The position numbers and the translations under genes are program-made. The notes under the pieces are model-generated. The model had not been told where the DNA came from, did not search any database, and worked only from the letters and a program-made list of their open reading frames with translations. A stretch of DNA of 63,524 nt, from positions 1-63,524 of IMG/VR virus record IMGVR_UViG_3300049203_000318. One strand, written 5' to 3'. The stretch comes from a virus. Lineage: Duplodnaviria > Caudoviricetes. Shown here in pieces: positions 18,649 to 29,800 of this stretch (positions within the stretch are counted from its first letter, which is position 1; every line of letters starts with the position of its first letter).

Positions 18649-18999
18649 ATGTTCACCCCGAACGCCACTGCCGTCTGGCTCAAGAAAGCCCCGCGCCGCA
18701 CTCTCACCGGAGGGGAAATATTCGAAGCCCCAAGACCCATTGCTATTGGGATCGTAGAGCTTGCAGACGCGGCCGCACCGACAACTGTTCGCGCGGACAG
18801 CTCTGCCTCCCGTGGCGCTGCCGACCAGCGCATCTCGGACGCAAAGATCCTGATACCGCCGGCATTCGCTATCAGCATCGGCGATGTTCTCAAAGTCGAT
18901 GGCATCAATCTCGAAATTGCCTCTGTCCAGCCGCGTCGGAGCGTGTTCGGCAAGCTCGATCATCGCGAGGTTCTATGCAATGCAAGGCCTGACCTCTGA
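18649..18999 (+). CDS. Head closure/stopper protein
   Basis: AGGAG RBS; ~116 aa, beta-rich, with an I.IGD.L..DG pattern. Confidence 0.6.
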   Translation: MFTPNATAVWLKKAPRRTLTGGEIFEAPRPIAIGIVELADAAAPTTVRADSSASRGAADQRISDAKILIPPAFAISIGDVLKVDGINLEIASVQPRRSVFGKLDHREVLCNARPDL

Positions 19000-19466
19000 T
19001 GCTGACCTTCCACGGACTGAGCGCGAACCAGCTCGCTGCGCACTTCACTCGTGAAGGGCAGACGACGAGCAAGCGTGCCTTGCGCCACATGCGCCAGGTG
19101 TCGAAGATGATCATGGAGACGTCGATCGCCTACAGTCCCGTGGATTGGCACGGACCCGGCGGCCCCTCATCTCCACCAGGGCATGAGTTGGAGAAGTCTC
19201 ACAAGATCATCGAGCAGTTTGGCGCCGCCGGTCGCCTGGAGGCCACGGTAGAAGTTGGGGGAACCGTAGGTGGGGTGAATGTCGACCTATATGCCTTCTG
19301 GCTGCATGACAGCTTCAACTGGAGCCTGGGCAAGGGCTCTTATGCCAAGATGATGCGCAGTCCCAAGAACAAGGTCGGGCCACTCTTCCTAGAGAGGGCG
19401 CTGGCCGAACATGACCACGAGTTTGACGACCTACTGGATGAGATTGTTGAAGGATTAGCGCTGTGA
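18999..19466 (+). CDS. Neck / tail completion protein (HK97 gp10-like)
   Basis: SPVD, YAFWLHD and GPLFLERAL patterns; position. Confidence 0.6.
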   Translation: MLTFHGLSANQLAAHFTREGQTTSKRALRHMRQVSKMIMETSIAYSPVDWHGPGGPSSPPGHELEKSHKIIEQFGAAGRLEATVEVGGTVGGVNVDLYAFWLHDSFNWSLGKGSYAKMMRSPKNKVGPLFLERALAEHDHEFDDLLDEIVEGLAL

Positions 19467-19852
19467 AGCATCTCTTTTTCGCCGCCGACAGGCTTGAGCA
19501 AGCAGGCCTTGGAACCTCCGGCGTGGATCTATTCGTCGGCACTATGCCGAGCGATGTAGCGCGCGGCATCATGCTGATCGATCCGCTGACGGGACACGAG
19601 ATAGACGATGGAATGGCCGGGTTCTTCAATACGCAGTTTCAGGCGATCGTGCGCGATCCTGTCCTCGAGCGCGCCTATGAGACTGGCCTCGCTATTTCGC
19701 AGGCGCTGACCCTCAACAATGTCGAGGGCGACGGTATCACGATCAGTTGGCTGCGACCCATGACACTGCCTGTCAACTATCCACGCGGCGATGCTGGTGA
19801 CATTGAGACGAGTGTCCGTTTCAGGATCGGATTTGGTCAATCTCCTGCATAG
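19463..19852 (+). CDS. Tail terminator
   Basis: DLFVGTMP and FQAIVR patterns; directly precedes the tail tube gene. Confidence 0.65.
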   Translation: MKHLFFAADRLEQAGLGTSGVDLFVGTMPSDVARGIMLIDPLTGHEIDDGMAGFFNTQFQAIVRDPVLERAYETGLAISQALTLNNVEGDGITISWLRPMTLPVNYPRGDAGDIETSVRFRIGFGQSPA

Positions 19853-19910
19853 TGACTCACACACACAATTATGGTATTCTTTGCGCCGATATAGATTTTA
19901 GGAGCGCGAG

Positions 19911-20426
19911 ATGCCTACCGCATTTGAGAATCTGGAGATGGGGCCTTGCAACATCACCTATAAGACGACCGACCTTGGCCTGACCAAGGGCGGCGTGGAA
20001 GTGGAATTTGCGACTGAGGTCACCCCGATCACGGTTGATCAGTTCGGCGATACCGTCGTGGACAACGTGATCAAGGGCCGTTCGGTTAAGGTCAAGGCAC
20101 CCCTGGCCGAAAATGATCTGGCTAAGCTGGCGGCCTGCGTGCCTGGCTCGACGCTGGTCGGAACCACGACCAAGAAGCTGGTGATCAATTCGGCTGTCGG
20201 CACCTCGCTTCGCGCGCTTGCCGGTGAGCTCATTCTGCACCCCAAGGCTCTTCCGGCCAACGACAAGAGCAAGGATGTCACGATCAGCCTGGCCAGCGTG
20301 AAGGGCGATTTCTCATTCGCCTTCAAGCATGACGACCAGAAGGTGTTCGCGGTGGAGTTCGAAGGCTTCGTCGACCTGACCAGCGGCGAGCTTTTCATCA
20401 TGGGCGATCCTGACGCGACCGCCTGA
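19911..20426 (+). CDS. Major tail tube protein
   Basis: DLGLTKGGVEV...VDQFG pattern; AGGAG RBS. Confidence 0.8.
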   Translation: MPTAFENLEMGPCNITYKTTDLGLTKGGVEVEFATEVTPITVDQFGDTVVDNVIKGRSVKVKAPLAENDLAKLAACVPGSTLVGTTTKKLVINSAVGTSLRALAGELILHPKALPANDKSKDVTISLASVKGDFSFAFKHDDQKVFAVEFEGFVDLTSGELFIMGDPDATA

Positions 20427-20434
20427 ACCTAATC

Positions 20435-20464
20435 GGGGAGGGCAACCCTCCCCATTCCTCTTTT
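20435..20464 (+). terminator. Hairpin / probable terminator after the tail tube gene
   Basis: GGGGAGGG-CAA-CCCTCCCC followed by a pyrimidine run. Confidence 0.65.
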
Positions 20465-20476
20465 CAGTGAGTAACC

Positions 20477-20863
20477 ATGGGCAACAACACAACCTTCCTC
20501 GACCTGGATGATCTGGAGCCGGTTGAGAGCGAGATCCACCTGATCCACGAAGGCGCCAAGCATTTCATGCGCGTCCTGACGGTCGAAGGCTTTATCGAGC
20601 AGCAGAAGCGCTTCATCAAGCAGCAGAAGATGGTCGAGGAAGCCGAGAAGGTCGGCGATGATGAGATGGTCAGCGTGGTCGAACTGATCCGTGACAGCAT
20701 CGCAGAGTTCTTCCCGACCCTCCCGGTGGGCCAGCTGCCGACGCCCAAACTGTTTATCATCTTCGGGTGGCTCAACGAGGTCAGCCAGAAGCTGAACGAA
20801 GTGTCGGCGCCGACTGAAGGCGAGGGTGTCGAAACCCAGAGTGCGGAGGGAAAGGCGGAGTAA
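20477..20863 (+). CDS. Tail assembly chaperone (gpG-like)
   Basis: Between tube and tape measure; ends with the slippery G-GGA-AAG. Confidence 0.8.
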   Translation: MGNNTTFLDLDDLEPVESEIHLIHEGAKHFMRVLTVEGFIEQQKRFIKQQKMVEEAEKVGDDEMVSVVELIRDSIAEFFPTLPVGQLPTPKLFIIFGWLNEVSQKLNEVSAPTEGEGVETQSAEGKAE

Positions 20864-21174
20864 TCGTCAAGTCCATTGATCTACCATTCTTCGTCGGCCG
20901 AATGTCTGCGGAGTTCGGGATGGACTATCGGACGGTGATGGCGATGCCGCTGCGGACCTTCTGGGCCTACAACCGCCAGATCAATCGGATCAGGGCAGAG
21001 CGGGACCAAAGAACGCTTCGCCTTCTCGTTGCCGCTCAGGCCAACACCGTCGACACGATCAAGCAGCTCAACGAAACTCTCAGACAGGAAGTCGAAATGC
21101 CGATTGTCGTCGAGAAGCAGTTCGATGCGGCGAAGTTCGATGAGCTGGCCAAGAAATTTAACAAGGGTGCATAG
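20848..21174 (+). CDS. Tail assembly chaperone gpT-like part (via -1 frameshift)
   Basis: The -1 frame from GGGAAAG (20848-20854) is open and in frame with ORF 20902-21174. Confidence 0.8.
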   Translation, partial: GKGGVIVKSIDLPFFVGRMSAEFGMDYRTVMAMPLRTFWAYNRQINRIRAERDQRTLRLLVAAQANTVDTIKQLNETLRQEVEMPIVVEKQFDAAKFDELAKKFNKGA

Positions 21175-21202
21175 TAGCCCACACACATAAGAGGATTGAG
21201 CG

Positions 21203-24200
21203 GTGACATCGAGGCGTCTTAGCATTGTCCTGGACCTGGATACGGGCAGGTATAGTGGGCGCCTCGGCACCGCCGGTTCTCAGATGCGCACCTTCGGCGG
21301 AACCGTCGATAAGACCAACCGGTCGGTGCGCGACCTCACAGACTCCTTCGAGCGGATGGGCAACAAGGCGTCGAGCCCGCGCCAGATGCTACGGGACTAT
21401 GTCCTGATCCTGGGCAACCTGCGCCTCGCCATGCTCAACGTCCGCGACATCGCGGTGGGCTGGGTCGCCTCATTGATGAAGCAGGCAGGTGAGCTTGAGC
21501 GCGTCACTATGCTGATGCGTGGCCTCTCCACCTCGACGACTGAGTTCGGAAAGAACCAGGAGGCGAAGAAGAATCTGTCCGAGCTCATGGACATGGCTCG
21601 GTCGACTGGCTTCGAGCTGGGTGCGCTGACGGACTCATTCGTGAAGTTCAAGTCGGCCGGCCTCGACACCAAGCAATACTCTTTGAAGGGTCTGGTCGAT
21701 GCCACTGCGGCGTTCGGCGGCAATAGCGACGTCCTCAAGCGCGCCTCGATCGCCATCCAGCAGATGGCTGGTAAGGGCGTCATCTCGATGGAAGAGCTTC
21801 GCCAGCAGTTGGGTGAAGCCGTTCCGTCCGCGATGAAGATCATGGCGCTCGCGGCCAACAAGACCATGGCTCAGTTTGCCAAGGAAGTTGCGACCGGAAC
21901 CGTGCAGGCCAAGCCGCACCTCCAGGCGATGCTCCGCGACATGGAGCTCATGTATGCTGGCTCCGGCGCCCGTCTGGCCAACACGCTGTTTGGTCAGCTG
22001 GCGCAGATGAAGACGAACATGATGGAGCTGTCGGCCGACTTCTCCTCCTTGGGCAACAAGGAAGGCGGTCTGTTCGCTACCAGCGTGTCGAGCCTCAAGC
22101 AGTTCAATCAGATGCTGCGGTCGGGCGAGGCCAAGCAATTCATTGCTGATCTCGGCAATGGGGTCGCGAGCGTCATTTCATGGCTTTCGCAGGCTGCCAA
22201 GTTCACGTTCGAGTGGCGCAACGAAATTGGAGCGCTTGCAAAGGGTATGGTGGCGATCGCAGCCGCTATGGCCGTCAGCAACACCTCTCAGTGGCTCATG
22301 GGCGTTGTTAGCAGCGCAAAGCAGGCCTCCAGCGCCTTTGCTACCACAATGGGTCAGATGCGCACCGCCAGCGGCAGCTTCGTCGATGCGATCCGTGGCC
22401 GCGGAACTGACCTGACGACCGCATGGGGCCGGGAACTTTCCGCCGTCGAGCAGAACATTGCTGCCTCGCGCGTGGCCGTTGCTACCGCCCGTGAGGAAGC
22501 TGTCGTTAAGATGCAGGCTGTGGGCACCGCTCGTGCTGCGGAGGCCTCTGCGCGCATCGCCGCTGCGACCAAGGCTCAGGAAGCGGCCGCCGCTCTTGCC
22601 AACGTCCGCGCGATCGAAGCCGAACGCATCGCCATCATCTCGGAGATCACCGCTCAGCGCCAGCGCGTGGTTGCGGCACAGTCAGGCATCATGTTTGCTC
22701 AGCGCAACATCGACCTTCTGGGCTCCAACAAGGCGCGCACGGATGCGCTGCGCTTCGCGAAGACCCAGCTGATGATGGAGGAGGCCAAGCTCACCGCGCT
22801 TCAAGCTGACCAGGCTGCGATGCAAGGTCGCCTGGCAACGGCGACGACGACCGCAACAGCGGCACAGAATGCCTCCACGACCGCAAAGCGCGCTGCTGTC
22901 CTGGCTGCACGCGATGTGACGGCCGCCGATTACGCCGCAACGACCTCCGTCACCGCTTTGGCCACAGCCGAAGTAGGGGCCACGGTTACGACGGGTCAGC
23001 TAACCACTGCGCTGCGCGTCAAGGCTGCCGCTTCAGCCGCTGCGACCGCCGCAGGTCAAATCCTCCGCGGCGCTCTCGTGCTACTAAGCAACCCGCTCAC
23101 CATGATCGCCGGCGGTCTGCTTTACGCAGCCTATGCGGCCGGCGTTTTCTCGGACAAGGCCGAGCTAGCCGCGGCATCGGCCGACAAGCTGCGCAAGAAG
23201 ATCGGCGACCTGAATGACGCCAAGAAGGTGGGCGTCGCAATCAACGCGCTCGGGTCCAAGCTGGACGACCTCTACAAGAAGAGGGCGAACGCCCAGGCTC
23301 GCTTCGGCGCCACCGAGGCCATCGATCGGGAGATCAAGGAAACCCAGGCTAAGATGGACAGCCTCAAGGGTGCGCTGAGCACGGGCATGGAAGGTGTCAT
23401 GTCGCGTGCGGGTGACAGCCGCTATAACGACGCGATCCGCAGTCGCATGGAGCTGATCAAGGCAGATCTCGCCGCGCGCACCAATGCCACCATTCAGAAG
23501 GAGAATCTGGAGGAGCGGGCTCTCAACGGTGACAAGGCGGCCGGCCTTCGTCGCCAGCAGCTGTTGCAGACCCAGGCCAACAAAGAGCTGGCGATCCAGC
23601 AGAACTTTGTGGATCGCATCCAGAATGGTTGGAATGCGGCCAAGGCCCGCGGCGATAAGGGTCAAATGTCCTTCTTCGCGGGCATGCTGAAGCCGGCGAA
23701 TGAAGAGCTCACTCGCCTGAAAACCGGCATGACTGCCTCAGCTGAAGCAGCCGCCGCTATGGGCGCTAAGGGCTCTGAAGGCCTGGGTAAGATGGAGCGT
23801 GCCGCGGTCACTGCCGATGGCAAGGTGGCTCAGCTGACTGCTCGTATGCACGGTGCCAATGGCGCGGTCGAGAAGTTCCAGGCTGAGCTCGCGGGTGGAA
23901 AGTATGCTGGTGCCACAGAGGACCAGATTGGTCGCATGCGTCGCGCCGCCGTCGCTGCTGACGCTCTCGCTGCCACCCGCAAGGCTGCCGCTGCGGATAA
24001 CGGCTATAACAGCATGCTCCAGCAGATGACGGGACAGCTGGCTCAGCTGGAGGACACGCTCGACGGCGGTAAGGGAACGCTCGCCAAGTTCAATGCCCAG
24101 CTGGCTGCGAGCTCCGATCAGCTGGGGCTGACAGCAGATCAGATCGCAAGGTTGCGCGACCTCGCCCAGCATATCGACGAGGCAAAGAAGGACATGGACT

Positions 24201-25438
24201 TCAAGCGGCTGACCGATGGTCTGGCCGACGACCTGGCTAAAGCTAAAGCTGAGGCTGACCAACTGTGGACGAGCTTCAACAATGGGACGATGGAGGCCGA
24301 CCAGCGTCTCGCCCAGATCAAGGGTCGTTTTGCGGACAAGCTGGTCGGACTGTCTGGACCGGAGCTCGAAGAGGCTAAGCACAAGATCGATGAGATCGTC
24401 GCTGCCATGCAACGGGCCGACGCCGCGGAAACTACTGATCGGTGGCGCGACCAAGCCGAACAGATCCGCACCTCCCTCCTGAGCGAGGATGAGGCGCGCG
24501 AAGCGAACTACCAACGCGAACTGGCGCGTCAGCAGAGCCTGCTCGATGCGATCAGGACCAACTCTGCCATGACGGCCATGGAGAAGCAGCGAGCCGAAGA
24601 GCAGTTCCTGAATTGGAAGCGTGCGGCTGAAGCTCGAAATGCTCGCGAGAGCGAGGGTGCAATCGCGCGCCAGGCTCGCCAGTGGGCGAACCTCAGCACC
24701 AACATGCGTGAGGTGATGGCCGACTCCCTGCGCACGATGGTCGACGCCATGTTCAGCGCCAATGCAAGCCTCGACGACATTGTGAAGGACATGATCAAGT
24801 CGATCCTGAAGGTCATCCTTCAGGCGATGATCGCTTATGCCATCCTCTCGGCGATCGGAATGGCGAACAACGCCGCAGGTGAACCCGTGTCGCTTGGCAG
24901 TTTCATGAAGGGGCAGCTGGGTGGCGGTCTGACCGGCTCAACCTCGGGCTCGATCGGTTATGGCGCCTCTGGGGCCGCAGCACCAATCTACAGCGGGTCC
25001 GCGGACATCAGTTCGCTTAGCTCCGGGATCGGCGCAATCACCGCTCCAGTCGGCACCAATCACAAGGGCGGACTTATGGGTCGTGGAGATGTTGCAAATG
25101 TTGCGGCCAGCCTCTTCACCGGCGCCAAAACCTATCACGGTGGCGGCTGGATAGGCGGTCGGCAGCTTCGTTCGGGAGAGGTGCCTATCGTCGGTCTGGA
25201 AGATGAGCTCGTGCTCACGGAAACGCAGCAGCGGCTGTTGGGCGACCAACTTAACCAGCCTGGCGGCCAGCTACCCAACGTCCACGTCAACATCATCAAC
25301 AACAGCGGCACGGAGCTCGATGCTGAGCAGGGCGAGCCGCAGTTCAACGGAAAGGACATGATCGTCGATGTTGTGGTCGAGGGCATTCAGCGCCAGGGCC
25401 GGCTTCGTGAAGCGATCATGGGAGTGAAGAATGGCTGA
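21203..25438 (+). CDS. Tape measure protein
   Basis: 1411 aa, Ala-rich; tape-measure domain QMAGKGVISMEELRQQLGEAVP; C-terminal HxGG motifs. Confidence 0.95.
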   Translation: MTSRRLSIVLDLDTGRYSGRLGTAGSQMRTFGGTVDKTNRSVRDLTDSFERMGNKASSPRQMLRDYVLILGNLRLAMLNVRDIAVGWVASLMKQAGELERVTMLMRGLSTSTTEFGKNQEAKKNLSELMDMARSTGFELGALTDSFVKFKSAGLDTKQYSLKGLVDATAAFGGNSDVLKRASIAIQQMAGKGVISMEELRQQLGEAVPSAMKIMALAANKTMAQFAKEVATGTVQAKPHLQAMLRDMELMYAGSGARLANTLFGQLAQMKTNMMELSADFSSLGNKEGGLFATSVSSLKQFNQMLRSGEAKQFIADLGNGVASVISWLSQAAKFTFEWRNEIGALAKGMVAIAAAMAVSNTSQWLMGVVSSAKQASSAFATTMGQMRTASGSFVDAIRGRGTDLTTAWGRELSAVEQNIAASRVAVATAREEAVVKMQAVGTARAAEASARIAAATKAQEAAAALANVRAIEAERIAIISEITAQRQRVVAAQSGIMFAQRNIDLLGSNKARTDALRFAKTQLMMEEAKLTALQADQAAMQGRLATATTTATAAQNASTTAKRAAVLAARDVTAADYAATTSVTALATAEVGATVTTGQLTTALRVKAAASAAATAAGQILRGALVLLSNPLTMIAGGLLYAAYAAGVFSDKAELAAASADKLRKKIGDLNDAKKVGVAINALGSKLDDLYKKRANAQARFGATEAIDREIKETQAKMDSLKGALSTGMEGVMSRAGDSRYNDAIRSRMELIKADLAARTNATIQKENLEERALNGDKAAGLRRQQLLQTQANKELAIQQNFVDRIQNGWNAAKARGDKGQMSFFAGMLKPANEELTRLKTGMTASAEAAAAMGAKGSEGLGKMERAAVTADGKVAQLTARMHGANGAVEKFQAELAGGKYAGATEDQIGRMRRAAVAADALAATRKAAAADNGYNSMLQQMTGQLAQLEDTLDGGKGTLAKFNAQLAASSDQLGLTADQIARLRDLAQHIDEAKKDMDFKRLTDGLADDLAKAKAEADQLWTSFNNGTMEADQRLAQIKGRFADKLVGLSGPELEEAKHKIDEIVAAMQRADAAETTDRWRDQAEQIRTSLLSEDEAREANYQRELARQQSLLDAIRTNSAMTAMEKQRAEEQFLNWKRAAEARNARESEGAIARQARQWANLSTNMREVMADSLRTMVDAMFSANASLDDIVKDMIKSILKVILQAMIAYAILSAIGMANNAAGEPVSLGSFMKGQLGGGLTGSTSGSIGYGASGAAAPIYSGSADISSLSSGIGAITAPVGTNHKGGLMGRGDVANVAASLFTGAKTYHGGGWIGGRQLRSGEVPIVGLEDELVLTETQQRLLGDQLNQPGGQLPNVHVNIINNSGTELDAEQGEPQFNGKDMIVDVVVEGIQRQGRLREAIMGVKNG

Positions 25439-25781
25439 TTTCCCGACGCTAACTCAGGGGGAGAGTCCCTCCCTCTATGGCAACAATTTTGAGGACACGT
25501 CGATCAAGGCTGACACGGACGGCGGCTATGAGTTTCGCCGCGACCGTTTCACCAGAAACATGCGCCGGCTGCTCGAGACGGGGTTCCTGTCCCTGCCGCA
25601 CGACCAGTTTGAGATCCTGGAAGCGTTCTATGAGGACCACAGGAAAACGGAGCCCTTCACTTACTACGACTATATGCGGGGCGTGACCCGCACCGTCCGG
25701 TTCGATGAGTTCAAGTCCGATTACGTGGGTATCGGACAGAACCGGATGTGGACCGTAAAGATCAAGATGAGCGAGGTCTAA
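25431..25781 (+). CDS. Distal tail protein (lambda M-like position)
   Basis: 116 aa directly after the tape measure; DGGY...R.RFTR pattern. Confidence 0.65.
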   Translation: MADFPTLTQGESPSLYGNNFEDTSIKADTDGGYEFRRDRFTRNMRRLLETGFLSLPHDQFEILEAFYEDHRKTEPFTYYDYMRGVTRTVRFDEFKSDYVGIGQNRMWTVKIKMSEV

Positions 25782-26423
25782 GTGGCTAATCACCTGTCAG
25801 TCGAAAGCGTGATCGACAAGAACCGGATCAGTAGCGGGAACGCATGGGTCGCGCTGTTGGACATTTATGTCGCTGACCCCAACACCCGCGAGGTAGTCGA
25901 TGTGCTGCATATCGCCAGAAACAACGAGGAACTTCTCTACGGCACCGACGAGGAAAATAATCCTATTGTCTATGTCCCTGGAAACTTCGAGATCAATATC
26001 AGCCAGCGGCAAAACGAAACGCCGAGCGTCAGCATCAGTGCGCGCGATGAAACGCGAATGATCGAAAGCCGTATGGAGGCCATGGCTGGCGGCATCTTCT
26101 CGGAGGTGGTCATGACGGTCATCAACACCGCGCGCCTCGACAAGCCGCCTGAGCTTCAGGAGCGGTTCCAGATCATCACGTCCAGCGTGAAGAACTATGT
26201 GGTGAATTTTACCTTGGGCTCAGAAAATCCACTGGCGATCCAGTTCCCTCGCTCCCGGCAGTTCAAGGACAGGTGCGCGCGCCAGTTCAAGGGCTATGGC
26301 TGCCCCTATGTCGGCCTGCTCACTACCTGCGATTATACGAAGGATGGACCAAACGGCTGCGCGGCACACGGCATGACCGAATGGTTCCGCGGTCTGCCTG
26401 GGCTGGTCAAAATGAACATCTGA
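25782..26423 (+). CDS. Tail tip protein (lambda L-like)
   Basis: C-terminal C...FKG..C.Y.G....CD.T....C..H...F.G.PG cysteine motif. Confidence 0.75.
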   Translation: MANHLSVESVIDKNRISSGNAWVALLDIYVADPNTREVVDVLHIARNNEELLYGTDEENNPIVYVPGNFEINISQRQNETPSVSISARDETRMIESRMEAMAGGIFSEVVMTVINTARLDKPPELQERFQIITSSVKNYVVNFTLGSENPLAIQFPRSRQFKDRCARQFKGYGCPYVGLLTTCDYTKDGPNGCAAHGMTEWFRGLPGLVKMNI

Positions 26424-26463
26424 AATGTGTGGCAACTAACACACACAATCGTTATAATGGGGC

Positions 26464-26841
26464 ATGCCTCATGCTCCAGAATATATTGACCTGCTTGGTG
26501 CTCCGTTCGAGCGTGGCGCTCGCGGACCCAAGAGCTTCGACTGCTATGGCCTGGCTATCGAGATGTTCCGCCGGATCGGCGTGACCATCCCCGATTTTGA
26601 GAGCCCTGGCACGCTCGAGGAGGTTGCCAGCCTGATCGCCTCGAATGAGGTTCGCTGGAGCAAGGTTCCTTTCGGAACCCCCAATTCGCTCGTGACCCTG
26701 CGCGTCGAAGGCATCGGCGCCCATGTCGGTTTCATGATCGAGCCTGACCGGTTCGTCCATGCTTTCGATCCGATCGGCGTCACGACCGAGCGGCTGCGAG
26801 GCGGCCAGTTCACCCCGCTGGGCTTCTACACCTATGGTTGA
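26464..26841 (+). CDS. NlpC/P60 tail assembly protein (lambda K-like)
   Basis: G.PF..GARGP.SFDCYGL...HVG...FVHA. Confidence 0.88.
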   Translation: MPHAPEYIDLLGAPFERGARGPKSFDCYGLAIEMFRRIGVTIPDFESPGTLEEVASLIASNEVRWSKVPFGTPNSLVTLRVEGIGAHVGFMIEPDRFVHAFDPIGVTTERLRGGQFTPLGFYTYG

Positions 26842-29800
26842 GCAGAGCCTGTCCAAGAGCGTGGTCTACCTGCGTCTGCTTTACGATGCCTTCGCACCTG
26901 AGACGGTCGAGACGCATGAGCTTCAATGGCGCCCTGGGGCGACGCTGAAGGACTACCTCAAGGGTCTGCCGGAAGATTGCGAGTGGATGATCTTCCACGA
27001 CGGCGAGGAAGTCGACGCGATAGCGGATGGCGACCGGGTCATCGCTCGTGACGAAGTGATCGGCCTCATTCTCGTTCCGCAGGGTGGCGGCAGCTTCAAG
27101 TCGGTTCTGCGCATCGCCCTCCAGGCAGCCGCGGTCGCTGCCGCCTTCATCCCTGGGATTGGCTGGGCCGGTGCGCTCGCGATCAACCTTGGTGTCGGAC
27201 TGGTCAACGCCTTCCTGCTGGTTCCGAAGCCGCCCAAGAACAGCGGCGATGACTCCAAGAGCTACGGCATCGACGGCGCTAAGAACAGTGCGACCGAGAA
27301 CATCCCGTATCCCGTCGTTTATGGTGAGTTCAGGACCGCCGGCAACTTCTCCGATTGCTTTACGCAGAATGTCGGCGATGATCAGTATCTCTATATCCGC
27401 GCAATCTTGAATGATGGCGAGATCCATAGCGTCAGCGACATCGAGATCAACGAGCAGCCGGCGTCCAGCTTCGAGGATGTTGAGGCTCGGATTGCATATG
27501 GCACTCTCGAGCAGGGTGTAAACGACTGGTTCGCCAACAGCGTCGTCCAGATCAACAAGAGTCAGCGGATCGACACCGGCTGGGTTGAGCACATCACCAC
27601 GACCGAAGTGGACAAGGTCCGCTTTGACGTCACGTTCACGACCGGTCTCGTCCACATCACCGACAAGGGCAAATACAAGGATCGCTCTGTCACCTTCAAC
27701 ATGGAGGTGCAGCAGATCGACCCGGAAACCGGCTTGTCGCTCTCCGAATGGGCCAACGCTGGGACAAGCAGCCCTAGCACGCTTCCCCTCGACGCCAATG
27801 GAGACGGCAAGGTTACCATCTGGGAAGCCGCCGCGGCAAAGATCAGAGCCAGCAAGATATTCGGCTCCAGCGGGACCGTCGAATATCGTGAGGTTGGGAC
27901 CACTGCATGGGTTAGCGCCGGCGTTTTCTCGGCAGCGGATGCCAGCGGCTACATTTTCGACCAGGCGAACGACGGCTCGATTGCTGGCAATACCGACATC
28001 ACCCCTGCGCACACGGGCGTCTTCTCGATCAATCTCGACAGCGAGAAGACCTACGAGGTCCGTGCAACCGAGGGCGTTACGCTGGAGGAGGTTACCTCCT
28101 ATCCGAGCGCGGCAAGCTCGCTTGTGACGGTAACGGACAAGCGGACCCGGCAGATCCGCAAATCGTTCGAAACGGGACGGCTGGAGCGCGGCTATTACAA
28201 GGCTCGTATCCGCCGCACGAATGCGACGTCCACCAGCGACAAGGATCTCGACGAAGTCTATCTGACGGACGTCGCGGAGATCGAGATGGATCGGATCGCC
28301 CTCAAGGGCACCGCCAATCTCGCGCTGAAGATCAAGCTGTCTGAGCAGCTGAATGGCATTCCTTCGCTGACCGGTATCGTGAAGGGCTCGATCCTTCAGG
28401 AATACGACATCGAGGGCACCCCGACCATTCGCCGGTGGTCTGCAAATCCCGCTTGGATCGGCCTCGATCTCCTGTGTGGCATCGAGCGTGGTTCGCGTAT
28501 TAAGACGAGCCGTATTGACTGGCCCCGCTGGGTCGAGTTTGCCGAATATTGCGATCAGAACGGCATCACCTTTAATGGCGTGTTCGATACCGGCACCAAT
28601 GTCGGTGATGCGCTTCAGCAGGTGCTCCGCATCGGCCATGCGGCGCCGGTTCCGTTTGGCACGAAGATCTCCGTCGCCATCGATCGGCCGCGGCTCCCCA
28701 CCGCCGTTTTCACCTCCGCAAACATCCTCAAGGACACGTTCGAAGTCGGCTACATGTCGATGGCCGATCGGTCCAACGAGTATGAGGTCACCTATTACGA
28801 CAAGACGGATCGCAACAAGGCGAAGGCACTCCGCTATGTTGATCCTAAAGCCGTAACTTTCAACGAAGTGCCACGCACCGCCCAGGTGCAGCTGGTTGGC
28901 GTCGATAATCACGAGCAGGCCAAGGTCGAGCTCTGGCGGATGATCTATGCCAACCGCTTGCTGATCAGAACGGTCAATTTCGAGTCCTTTATGGACTCGA
29001 TCAACATGAACATGGGTGAGGTCGCGCTGATCCAGCACGACCAGATGGAGTGGGCCGACTCTGGCCGGCTGCTCGCGGGCAACACTGACTTTGTCATTCG
29101 GCTCGATAGGAACGTCGATTACCAGCCGGAACAGTCCTACTCCGCGCTTGTTCACTTCGACAGCTACATGGCCGGTGTCCGCGAGATTAGTGGCATCGTG
29201 GGCCAGAAAATCCTCGTAACCGGCGCGGGCATCGCCGCGACCAATGCCTCGCGCATCATCATCGCCGGCCGCGATTTCGAGGTTGTTAAGCTGGCGGACG
29301 GGTCCAGCGTCCACACGATCACTGTCGCCGGTGATCTGACCGGCATCAACATCGGCTCTGAAGCTCAGCTTTGGATTACTGACGCGCTATTTGAGCGGCC
29401 GGTGAGCAACGTCGAGCTCGATGCCGGTGGGCGCGCGGTAGTCACCCTAGCGATACCTTTGCCTGCGGCGCCTGGTCAGCATGCTAACTTCGTGTTCGGC
29501 AAGGTCGAGAACGTCCGCAAGCCCTTCGTGCTGACGGGTATCTCGGGTAATGGTATTGAGAAACGCAAGCTGACTTTCGTTGAGTATCACGAGGGCGTCT
29601 ATGGGCCTCCCGAGGTCGAGATCCCGATCCCAACGTCGGAAATTTCATTGCGCGATGTTGGCCAGGTGCAGACGCTCCTGTTCGACTACGAACCGTTTAC
29701 CGATGCGGCGAAGAAGACAGTTAGCTGCCGGGTCCACTGGACGGCCGGCTCTATCCGAAACTATGCCGGTGCAGACGTTTACATGTCGCTCAACGGCTCT

